A DNA stretch of 41,276 nt from a virus: UHGV virus genome UHGV-0389628. One strand, 5' to 3'. The stretch's first letter is position 1. The number at the start of each line of letters is the position of its first letter. A program made the position numbers and the translations under genes. Below are positions 34,039 to 41,276 of the stretch, piece by piece. The notes under the pieces are model-generated. The model saw only the letters and a program-made list of their open reading frames with translations, was not told the origin of the DNA and did no database searches.

Positions 34039-37000
34039 CTAACTTGTTGTATATAGCGAACGTTTCAACTGGTTACCTAAGTATCCGTTTGTATTGTCTG
34101 CAATTGCTTTACCATCAAGTTTGACACTTGTGTCTTTTGCTAAAAGTTTAGATAGCAAGTTATTCTGCTGAATCATCAGTGAAACTAATGTTTCTAACGT
34201 TCCGCTCGAATCGCTACTATTATTTACACTTTTTGGTTTTACTCCTAACTTATCTTGAGCAATCGCAAGCAACTGCATCGCTCTTGATCGTTTAGCCTTA
34301 TCTAACGGAATAATAATTTCTGGCTTGTTTCCTTCTGCGATTTCCGCAATTTGATGTTGGTTTACAATTCCACCGTTTGCGTAACCATGACCACGCCCAA
34401 TCACACCTAATATATCCGAACCATAGCGTTTTTTAGCGTAGTTGATAGCTGCTAAGATATTATCGAAACCGCTCATTATATTGCCGTATCCTGGAAAAGC
34501 ATTCGCAGCAAATGTTCCCGGTTTTGTTTGGAGCAATCCAGTAGCATTACCGTCTGCTAAGCCGTCATTTCCACCAATGGCAAGCGGATTGCCACCTGAT
34601 TCTGTTTGGATTTGTCGCATCCACGCATCAACATAAGCGGATGAGGTTGGTAAGTTATTCATTTTCAAAGCACGTTTTACGTATGGCCGCCATCTTTCTA
34701 CACCACTGCCTCCCACGCTATCGCCACCGCTAACAAGTCCGCCCTGCGGATCTCTAACACCGTTCAAATGCACGTGGTCGTAGTGGTCGCCATCAGGCCA
34801 TGTCCGCCAATCATCATGCACACCTGTACCTGATTGTCCTGAACGGTCACGAACCTTACCATTTGTGATAACATAGCCGATTTTGTTTGCAAACTTCTCA
34901 AATGCGTAATTGGCTGCTTCTGTGTATCTAGGGGAACCATTCACGACTCCCGGTAGCGCAATATCAATTGCATTGTGCTTTCCGTGTGAGTATGGATCGC
35001 CTTCACGATAACCTGAGGTTACTTGAAAGCCCGGGAATTTCTTCATTACTGCAACTGCAACGTCCGCTAAGTATTTGTAAACGCCTTGCATGCCCATTGA
35101 AGTGTCTAAGCTGCCGCTGCTGAATAGTTCTGTGATTTTGTTCGTCAATGCTTCGGTAGCCTTGCTTAGAATACCTTTACCAACATCTAAAGGATATTTG
35201 ACAAGCCCTTCCAGTACGCCAAGACCATTTAACACTTTCCTAGCCAACGCTCCCGGGTCTGTTACAAAATCCCATACATCGCCGACTACATCTTTCAGCT
35301 TGTTTCCAACATCTCCAGCAAATCCTTTGACGTTGTTCCATAGATTTCCGAAAAAGCCTGTACCTTTGGCGTATCTATATCTTGGTGCTTTGTTTCCAGT
35401 CATATAAGCTGTTTCTTCAGCTGTTAGAACGTGTGTGCCTTTTGGTGCATTCAACACTACATTTCGCCCTCGTGGAATAAACGCTTGCCCGCTAGGCGTG
35501 ATTACCGCTTCAGCACCTCTACCGTCATTTACCATCATTGGGCCACCCGGATGTCCACCGGCTGGTGTACCTTTTGCGTATTGTGGTACTTCCCATTCTT
35601 TGAGTTTGTCAGCACCCAGTTTTTCTAGTACCCATGAAGCTCCATTGATGATCGCGTTAACTGGTTTACCTATCGCTTTAAGTGCTGCGTTGAAAATACT
35701 TTTGAACGCATCAACAAGGGCATCTTTACCACCAATAATGGCATCCTTCATCTTCGTCGGTAGTTCTGAAAACCAATTGAATACTGTATCAATACCGCTA
35801 CGGAAGTTTTCTTTGATACCGTTCCACAGGTTACCGATTGCATCAGAAACATTGTTCTTCAATTGAATGGCTTTGTTGAAAATGTTTTTTACCCAGCCAA
35901 CTACCTTATTCCAAGTGTCTCCAACGCCATTGCTGAAGAAGTTTTTCACGCTGTTCCACATGTTTTTGATGAAATCACCAAATGTGGTTTTTAGGTTGCC
36001 AGCTTTGCTCAACAGATTAATTACCCAATTGACTAGCTTATCCCAAGTGTTGGAAATACCTTCAGTAAAGAAAGTTTTAGCGCTTTCCCATAGCCCTTTT
36101 ATTGAGCCTGAAAAACCAGTCCATAAACCTTTTACTCCTTCTAAAATACGTTTGAAGAATAGTATTTGAATCCAGTTCCATAACGCTTGTATAGAACCCC
36201 AAAACAATTGTTTTACTCCTTCCCACATCTTAGAAAAATCGCCTGTAAATAAACCAGTGAAGATTTTGATAGCACCTTGAATGACGTTCATAATCCCTTC
36301 GACTAAACCTATTATATTGTCAATGAACCCCATGACTAAATCCATAACGATTTTTACAACGGGCTGTATAAACGTAAAAAAGTTCTTGATTGCTTCAATA
36401 ATCTGTTTACCATTTTCATTCCAAAATGTGGTCATCGATTTTCCAATTTTAGAAAAAGCTCCGCCTATCTTTTCTATAATTGGCATTATATATGGTGACA
36501 AAGTATCAAAAATTCCTTTTACAATTTGCCATGCAACTTCTATTCCGTTTCTAATAGTTGTCATAGCACCATCAAAAAATGTTTTGAGATTATCGAAAAC
36601 ATTTTTTATCTTAGAAATTGTTTCTGGAGAAAATCCTAATTTAGCTAGAACATCTTCCATGTCTGCGTTACCTTTGAATACGTCAAACAATGTCTTAACC
36701 GCGTTCTTTATTTTTTCTATGGTATCTTGTGTGAAAGTAACCATTTCTGGTGGGAAAATTTTAGTTAGAATATCAAAGCCTTGCTTTGCTTGATCTCCAT
36801 CTAACGTTCCAAACAGCGTCCCAAAAGCAAGTGTTGCTATGTCAGCCCCTTTTTTCAACATGTCAAACACAGGTTGAGCGACGTTTTTTATGCTTTCCAT
36901 TGCTGGCTTGATTTTGGTTGTTAAGTCGTCAATTCCTTTGCCTATGTCACTGATCAAAGAAGTGATATTGCCTTTGCCGAAAGCATTAATTATTTCATTA

Positions 37001-38421
37001 ATCATATTTACGGCGCTGGCTTGCAGATTTCCGACCGCCCCCTCAATCGTAGCTGTGGAACCTGCTGCCTTTTTAGCTACATCAGTCATACCTAATTGCA
37101 TGAATGCTGTATTCAATTCTTCGGCAGAGATTTCTCCGTTTGCCATAGCCTCGCGGAAGTCTCCGTCAGTATAAGCGCCCATTTCTTTCAATGCTTGTTG
37201 AATTTTCCCTGAAGCGCCCGGAATGGCATCCGCAATCTGATTAAAGTTTTCAGTTGTTAATTTGCCAGCACCGACAGTTTGTGTCATTGCCATTGCTACC
37301 GATTTGAACGTATCTGAGTTACCACCTGAAACGGCATTGACATTACCGATTGCCTGCGTTAGACCATCAAAGTCTTTCACACCGTTGGCTGCCAACTGTG
37401 CGGTCGTATTCATTACGTCGCCTAGTTCATAAACCGTTTGGTCGGCGTAATCTTTCATCACTGTTTTAGATTCTTCAATTTTTGAATTATCTATACCAGC
37501 AAATTGCATTGTTTGAACAAACTTGTCCATTGAATCGGAAGCCTCTACTGCTTCGTCTTTCAACCCCATGAAACTGTTAACAACACCGCTAACTGCTTGT
37601 GAAGCTAATCCAGCGACTGCACCAAACGAAAATGCGCCTTTTAGCGAGCTTAATTTGTCTTTTAGTCCGTCCAGTTTCCTAGCTGACCTTGTGGACTTCT
37701 CGCCAAAATCTTCTATTTTTTTTCCTGATTGATCGCTGGAGCTTTTGAGTGCTTCTAATTGCCTGCTAGATATTTGGCTTTGTCGTTCTAACTTTTCTAA
37801 TGCCCTTTTTGCATCTTCGGTTTCATTTGCTGAATCGCCAAACTCATCAGCCATCAGTTTCACAACTTTGCGCTGTTCTTCGATAGCTTTCTCGGATAAT
37901 TCCGTTTGTTTGGCTAGCCCTTTTTGTTTTGCTTCAAACGCACCAGATTCATCACCAGCGGCTTTCAACGCTTTGACTTCGGCGTTCATTTGCCGTTCAT
38001 TTTCTTTGATTTCATCAGATAAATCATTGACGGCTGTTTTGGAATACACCAATTCTTTTTTTGTGTCATTCAACTGGCGACTGTAAGCATTATATTTTGC
38101 GGTAGCATTGTTTATCTGTGTGTTAAGGTTAGCAACTTGTTTCGATTCCTCGCCATACTTGCTAATCGCTTCATCACGGCGCTTTGTTAATTCTCTTACT
38201 TTGGCGTTTTGCCCTTCCATAACCGTAGACAAGTCTTTCGTCTTTTGACTAAGTGCTTCGTATGAACGTCCTGCTGAATCATAGGCCTTTAGATTGGCAC
38301 GCATATTCGATTCTGCTTGTTTGACTTTCGCATTGATTTCGTCCAGCGTGTTACCAAAACTAGTGCTATCTAAACTAATCCCTAGCTTGATATTTCCTGC
38401 CGGTTGTCCTTTTCCTGCCAT
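34039..38421 (-). CDS. Tape measure protein with embedded peptidase M23 and lytic transglycosylase (SLT) domains
   Basis: 1460 aa. N-terminal coiled coil and Gly/hydrophobic repeats. HGKHNAIDIA…HYDHVHL (M23) and ESGGNPLAIGGNDG…GLLQT (SLT) near the C-terminus. Confidence 0.9.
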   Translation of the reverse strand: MAGKGQPAGNIKLGISLDSTSFGNTLDEINAKVKQAESNMRANLKAYDSAGRSYEALSQKTKDLSTVMEGQNAKVRELTKRRDEAISKYGEESKQVANLNTQINNATAKYNAYSRQLNDTKKELVYSKTAVNDLSDEIKENERQMNAEVKALKAAGDESGAFEAKQKGLAKQTELSEKAIEEQRKVVKLMADEFGDSANETEDAKRALEKLERQSQISSRQLEALKSSSDQSGKKIEDFGEKSTRSARKLDGLKDKLSSLKGAFSFGAVAGLASQAVSGVVNSFMGLKDEAVEASDSMDKFVQTMQFAGIDNSKIEESKTVMKDYADQTVYELGDVMNTTAQLAANGVKDFDGLTQAIGNVNAVSGGNSDTFKSVAMAMTQTVGAGKLTTENFNQIADAIPGASGKIQQALKEMGAYTDGDFREAMANGEISAEELNTAFMQLGMTDVAKKAAGSTATIEGAVGNLQASAVNMINEIINAFGKGNITSLISDIGKGIDDLTTKIKPAMESIKNVAQPVFDMLKKGADIATLAFGTLFGTLDGDQAKQGFDILTKIFPPEMVTFTQDTIEKIKNAVKTLFDVFKGNADMEDVLAKLGFSPETISKIKNVFDNLKTFFDGAMTTIRNGIEVAWQIVKGIFDTLSPYIMPIIEKIGGAFSKIGKSMTTFWNENGKQIIEAIKNFFTFIQPVVKIVMDLVMGFIDNIIGLVEGIMNVIQGAIKIFTGLFTGDFSKMWEGVKQLFWGSIQALWNWIQILFFKRILEGVKGLWTGFSGSIKGLWESAKTFFTEGISNTWDKLVNWVINLLSKAGNLKTTFGDFIKNMWNSVKNFFSNGVGDTWNKVVGWVKNIFNKAIQLKNNVSDAIGNLWNGIKENFRSGIDTVFNWFSELPTKMKDAIIGGKDALVDAFKSIFNAALKAIGKPVNAIINGASWVLEKLGADKLKEWEVPQYAKGTPAGGHPGGPMMVNDGRGAEAVITPSGQAFIPRGRNVVLNAPKGTHVLTAEETAYMTGNKAPRYRYAKGTGFFGNLWNNVKGFAGDVGNKLKDVVGDVWDFVTDPGALARKVLNGLGVLEGLVKYPLDVGKGILSKATEALTNKITELFSSGSLDTSMGMQGVYKYLADVAVAVMKKFPGFQVTSGYREGDPYSHGKHNAIDIALPGVVNGSPRYTEAANYAFEKFANKIGYVITNGKVRDRSGQSGTGVHDDWRTWPDGDHYDHVHLNGVRDPQGGLVSGGDSVGGSGVERWRPYVKRALKMNNLPTSSAYVDAWMRQIQTESGGNPLAIGGNDGLADGNATGLLQTKPGTFAANAFPGYGNIMSGFDNILAAINYAKKRYGSDILGVIGRGHGYANGGIVNQHQIAEIAEGNKPEIIIPLDKAKRSRAMQLLAIAQDKLGVKPKSVNNSSDSSGTLETLVSLMIQQNNLLSKLLAKDTSVKLDGKAIADNTNGYLGNQLKRSLYTTS

Positions 38422-38676
38422 TATTTACCTCCTTCCTCAAGTTTTACCAAGTCTTCAGCCGATAAAAATTGTTTGATGAAATCAGCACCATCTACATATT
38501 CTTCGCCACTCTCCACTTCTCCAAAAAGGTGTAACAAATAATGATAGTCGGCTTCGTCCACATCTCTCATCGTCCAACCTGCTTCGATTAAATCTTTGTA
38601 GATTTGATCCATTGCTTTCCTAGCTTCAGAAAAACTTATCTCTTTTTGCTCGCCATCTGCTTTTTTTCATTGTTTC
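38421..38676 (-). CDS. Tail assembly chaperone GT, -1 frameshift extension (T segment, joins G at A_AAA_AAG around 38660-38668)
   Basis: A -1 shift at GAA AAA AAG reads …KKADGEQKEISFSEARKAMDQIYKDL… in frame with the 38421..38612 ORF, which ends at the tape-measure start. Confidence 0.65.
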
Positions 38677-38947
38677 CCAGTTCATTGATTTGTTCAAAAA
38701 CACTTTCTAATGCCGGTACTAACTCGCTCGCAGTCAAACCGTCTAAAATAGCATCAAATGTAACTGCTGGATCTTGGAAAATATCTGCTGTAATTGCAAT
38801 CATTGAATCAATTGCTTCTAATTCAGTTAGGTCTGCTTTTTCCGCTTTCTCGTAAAATTTGATACACTCACGCATTGCACGTGCGGAAATATCTTGTTGT
38901 TTGAATGTTTTTTTCTTTCCGTCAAGTTTCAATTGCAATTCAATCAT
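38636..38947 (-). CDS. Tail assembly chaperone G (gpG-like)
   Basis: 103-aa acidic protein between major tail and tape measure; contains the slippery heptamer near its 3' end. Confidence 0.75.
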   Translation of the reverse strand: MIELQLKLDGKKKTFKQQDISARAMRECIKFYEKAEKADLTELEAIDSMIAITADIFQDPAVTFDAILDGLTASELVPALESVFEQINELGNNEKKQMASKKR

Positions 38948-39058
38948 TTGTTTTCCTCCTTGTTTTTTACAAAAAAATAAGGCTAGCCAAAAATGGCTAA
39001 CCCTCTGTTTGTGTTGCTGCCCCTGTATCTTCTTTAATTGGTGTAGATGCAGGGTTAA

Positions 39059-39619
39059 CTACTCCCCCGCTTTGTTATTTACCAAGTCCTTGAATTTTTG
39101 TAAGGTCATTTCTTCTGATTCTACGGCTGTTAAGTATACATAGCCACGTTCATCAGAAATGAATTCTCCTTCGATAGAATCGGTTTGCAATTCTACTCCT
39201 TTGTCTTCAGCTGTTTTCATGCCGATATCTGGATGACTGAATTTTCCTTGTGTCAATCCCATGAATAAGCGTTTTCCTTCTTTGTTCGCTGTAACCATGA
39301 CTACCGACACGTAAGGCGCTTCAGTTTCTGAACCAATTACATTTACACCATCCACGGTTTTAGCGCCAATAATTTCGCTGTAAATGCCGTTATCCATTAA
39401 GTCTGCCACGTCAAGCGTAACTTTTGGTGACGAAACCCCTTTACTTGCAATGAAGAACGGTACGTTTGAAGCGTACGTTGTGTTTAACGTTGCGCCTAAT
39501 CCAGTAATTTTAGCTTCGATCGCTCCGCCTTTCGACTTATCTGCTACTAATTCTTTTAGAGTGCCGTCTGCACCTGTTTTTACGCCAAAAATGACGCTCT
39601 CAAATCCTACTGTTGCCAT
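39059..39619 (-). CDS. Major tail protein
   Basis: 186 aa directly upstream of chaperones and tape measure. Confidence 0.8.
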   Translation of the reverse strand: MATVGFESVIFGVKTGADGTLKELVADKSKGGAIEAKITGLGATLNTTYASNVPFFIASKGVSSPKVTLDVADLMDNGIYSEIIGAKTVDGVNVIGSETEAPYVSVVMVTANKEGKRLFMGLTQGKFSHPDIGMKTAEDKGVELQTDSIEGEFISDERGYVYLTAVESEEMTLQKFKDLVNNKAGE

Positions 39620-39634
39620 CTATTTTCTCTCCTT

Positions 39635-40006
39635 TTAATTTAGTGAAATATTTGCTACATATCGTTTGATAATCCGCTTTGCACCTTCTAAATCCTCATC
39701 ATCGGTTTGTTCGGTGTAGGTGCATTCCCAACCATTCCCCCTCATAACCTCATCGAGAGTAAAATAAAAGGCATCAACCTCTTTTAAGGTCGACACCCAT
39801 ACATCTACTTGTACGTTGAATTGAATGGTCAAAGGATTATTGCTTGCGAAATCTTCATAGTTGCCGGATATCTCTGTAATTCTGCCAACTGGAAGGCTAG
39901 GTACTGTTTGAGCCGATTCCGGAACACTATTGGTGTAAAAATCAATGTTCTTTGTTTTTTCATTGCTATTCAGAATTGAATAGACTTGTGATACTGCCGT
40001 TTTCAA
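39635..40006 (-). CDS. Tail terminator / tail completion protein
   Basis: 123 aa immediately upstream of the major tail gene. Confidence 0.55.
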   Translation of the reverse strand: MKTAVSQVYSILNSNEKTKNIDFYTNSVPESAQTVPSLPVGRITEISGNYEDFASNNPLTIQFNVQVDVWVSTLKEVDAFYFTLDEVMRGNGWECTYTEQTDDEDLEGAKRIIKRYVANISLN

Positions 40007-40398
40007 AGTCCTAGCCTCCTTTTTACTTCGTCAGCGATGATTTGTGTTACTTGTTTTTCGATTTGCTTTTGTGTTTTTTGTACGAAACCTTTTGGACGTT
40101 GTTTGATTGTTCCGAACTCGATAAAGTGCATCCGCCAAGAAACATCTTTGTCATAGCCGACTTCTATCAATCCGTTTTTTACCGAGCTTGTAACCACATG
40201 GTTCTTAGCATGTTCTTGCATATACGAACCACGTTTACCGTTTGACTTCGTTCCATCCCAGTAAGGTGTGTTTTGTCGTAACTTTTCTTGAGCGTACTCC
40301 CCAGCCTTTCTAAGTGCTGGGCTTTCCACTCGTTGAACGTTCGCTTTTACTTCCCTAAGCGCTTTGTACACTTCGGTTGCATCGACTTCTACACTCAT
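40003..40398 (-). CDS. HK97 gp10-family head-tail joining protein
   Basis: 131 aa; position and size match the family. Confidence 0.6.
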   Translation of the reverse strand: MSVEVDATEVYKALREVKANVQRVESPALRKAGEYAQEKLRQNTPYWDGTKSNGKRGSYMQEHAKNHVVTSSVKNGLIEVGYDKDVSWRMHFIEFGTIKQRPKGFVQKTQKQIEKQVTQIIADEVKRRLGL

Positions 40399-40730
40399 TT
40401 CGAAACCTCTTTTGCAATGATTGTCGTGAAGTCCTTCGCAAACTCGCCTTTCGTAATCGTAATGATTTCAAACGTTTTTCCATTCCAACGCACTTTCATA
40501 TCATTGGTTAGCTCTGATTTTTGTTGGTAGCGGATAATGAACGTCAGTGTTCCTTCCAAAGCCGTACCAATCGACGTCTTAATATCGTTCAGGCGTTGTG
40601 TCTGCACACTTGCCCAGCAAGTAAGAATGGTTGTAGAAGTCGGGACAACTTGCCCGTCCTCATCCTTAACCGTCGTATCTCGGACAAACTTGATGCGTTG
40701 ATTTAAATTTCCTGTTTGAATAAGGGGCAT
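40395..40730 (-). CDS. Head closure / head-tail adaptor protein (SPP1 gp16-like)
   Basis: MPLIQTGNLNQRIKF…TIWASVQT pattern. Confidence 0.65.
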   Translation of the reverse strand: MPLIQTGNLNQRIKFVRDTTVKDEDGQVVPTSTTILTCWASVQTQRLNDIKTSIGTALEGTLTFIIRYQQKSELTNDMKVRWNGKTFEIITITKGEFAKDFTTIIAKEVSK

Positions 40731-40733
40731 ACG

Positions 40734-41060
40734 CTACTCCTCCTCCACAAAAAGCAAATAACTTGCTTTGAGTTGCAAGATTAGGCTTGTAAAACCTAAA
40801 TCGTACTCTCGCAAGTTCCCACTCACGGTTGCAGAACGCGCTTTGTAATAGTGATCCGCTAATTGCAGAATAGCTAAATTAATCAGATCAACTGTGTCGC
40901 TTTCTTGCGTATAAAAAGAGGGCTTATCATTTCCGATAGCCCCTTTAATGTATGCAATTGCAGCTTGTGCCGCACGACTTACTTCCACATCGTCTTCGTC
41001 AGTGTCGATTTTTAACGCGTTTTTGATTTCGTCCAAATCCGTTTTAGGATCAAGAATCAT
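40734..41060 (-). CDS. Head-tail connector (gp6-like) protein
   Basis: 108 aa. N-terminus DLDEIKNALKIDTDEDD is typical of gp6-like connectors. RBS AAGGAG follows the capsid stop. Confidence 0.7.
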   Translation of the reverse strand: MILDPKTDLDEIKNALKIDTDEDDVEVSRAAQAAIAYIKGAIGNDKPSFYTQESDTVDLINLAILQLADHYYKARSATVSGNLREYDLGFTSLILQLKASYLLFVEEE

Positions 41061-41074
41061 AAGAAATCAGCTCC

Positions 41075-41276
41075 TTAACCTTCCGCCGGTGTCTCGTTCG
41101 CAATAGTTGTAAAAGTAGCCAAAACAACCGCTTCATCATCAACTAGTTGCACATCGAAGCGATCGATGACGCGTACTTTAGTGGTGTCTGTTTCAAAAGC
41201 TCCACCACCAATATTCGTTGTCAGCAAGCTCATGTTTTCGCGATCATACAATGTAACGGCTTCTTTCAGATCACCA
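41075..41276 (-). CDS. Major capsid protein C-terminal segment, continuation across the circular junction (…IGDLKEAVTLYDRENMSLLTTNIGGGAFETDTTKVRVIDRFDVQLVDDEAVVLATFTTIANETPAEG*)
   Basis: The frame is exactly continuous with the left-edge ORF: the junction codon ATT is formed by positions 2, 1 and 41276. The stop is at 41075..41077, followed by AAGGAG and the ATG of the 40734..41060 gene. Confidence 0.75.
   Translation of the reverse strand, partial: GDLKEAVTLYDRENMSLLTTNIGGGAFETDTTKVRVIDRFDVQLVDDEAVVLATFTTIANETPAEG

Larger units (their letters stand above)
1..41276. mobile_element. Complete temperate siphovirus genome, circularly permuted (window ends join: capsid gene spans the junction)
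   Basis: Canonical packaging, head, tail and lysis modules are on the minus strand and the lysogeny module (repressor, ImmA, integrase) on the plus strand. The minus-strand ORF open at position 1 continues in frame at 41276..41075 to a TAA stop, followed by the AAGGAG RBS of the next gene. Confidence 0.8.

Noticed and set aside
34442-38086. Multiple plus-strand ORFs (34442.., 35090.., 35435.., 35867.., 36281.., 36890.., 37523.., 37745..)
   Set aside because: All lie antisense within the 1460-aa tape-measure gene, have S/P/L/F-rich antisense-type composition and no RBS; artefacts of a long low-complexity gene.

Overview
The window is an essentially complete temperate siphovirus genome (HK97-like capsid, long non-contractile tail) from a low-GC Firmicutes host, with every canonical module present. 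The phage genome itself is not novel; the best candidate for an undescribed system is the accessory island at 7.2-8.9 kb described below.

The sequence is circularly permuted. The major capsid gene runs off the left edge on the minus strand and resumes, in frame, at the right edge with its stop and the ribosome-binding site (RBS) of the next gene, and the gene order is only canonical when the two ends are joined. Host inference (Enterococcus-like) rests on an ArpU-family regulator, Enterococcus-like Csp and amidase, and low-GC codon usage; this is inference, not a database result.

Modules on the minus strand, transcribed right to left:
- Early/replication module: Cro-like and HTH_17 proteins, tiny membrane peptides, Gp157, an AAA_24 ATPase, an SF2 helicase, a DUF669 protein, a P4-type prim-pol primase, VRR-NUC and MazG.
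- An iteron and AT-rich origin sits just past the 3' end of the primase gene.
- ArpU late regulator, then packaging and head genes: small and large terminase, portal, ClpP-like protease, capsid.
- Head-tail joining genes, major tail, G/GT chaperones with an A_AAA_AAG -1 frameshift site, a 1460-aa tape measure with M23 and SLT domains, Dit, Tal and two receptor-binding proteins.
- Lysis cassette: XkdX-like protein, holin and a signal-peptide amidase.

On the plus strand sits the lysogeny module: an ImmR-like repressor, an ImmA metalloprotease and a tyrosine integrase. Embedded in it are a very AT-rich YfhO-like membrane glycosyltransferase moron, a truncated LexA/S24 repressor remnant and a DUF4177 gene.

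Between the integrase and the lysis genes there is an att/moron region. It holds tandem arm-type repeats, a tRNA-Ile(CAU)-like 5' fragment with its own terminator, two hairpins with related G-rich loops, a cold-shock protein moron and a DUF3800-family moron.

The most unusual segment is an accessory island at about 7.2-8.9 kb. A roughly 180-nt GC-rich leader ending in an intrinsic terminator sits directly in front of a secreted His/Ser-repeat protein. Next to it are four small genes alternating in orientation, one of them DUF1883-like. The two plus-strand genes have near-identical 45-nt leaders fused to extended -10 promoters.

All functional calls come from recalled motifs and families; no database search was run.
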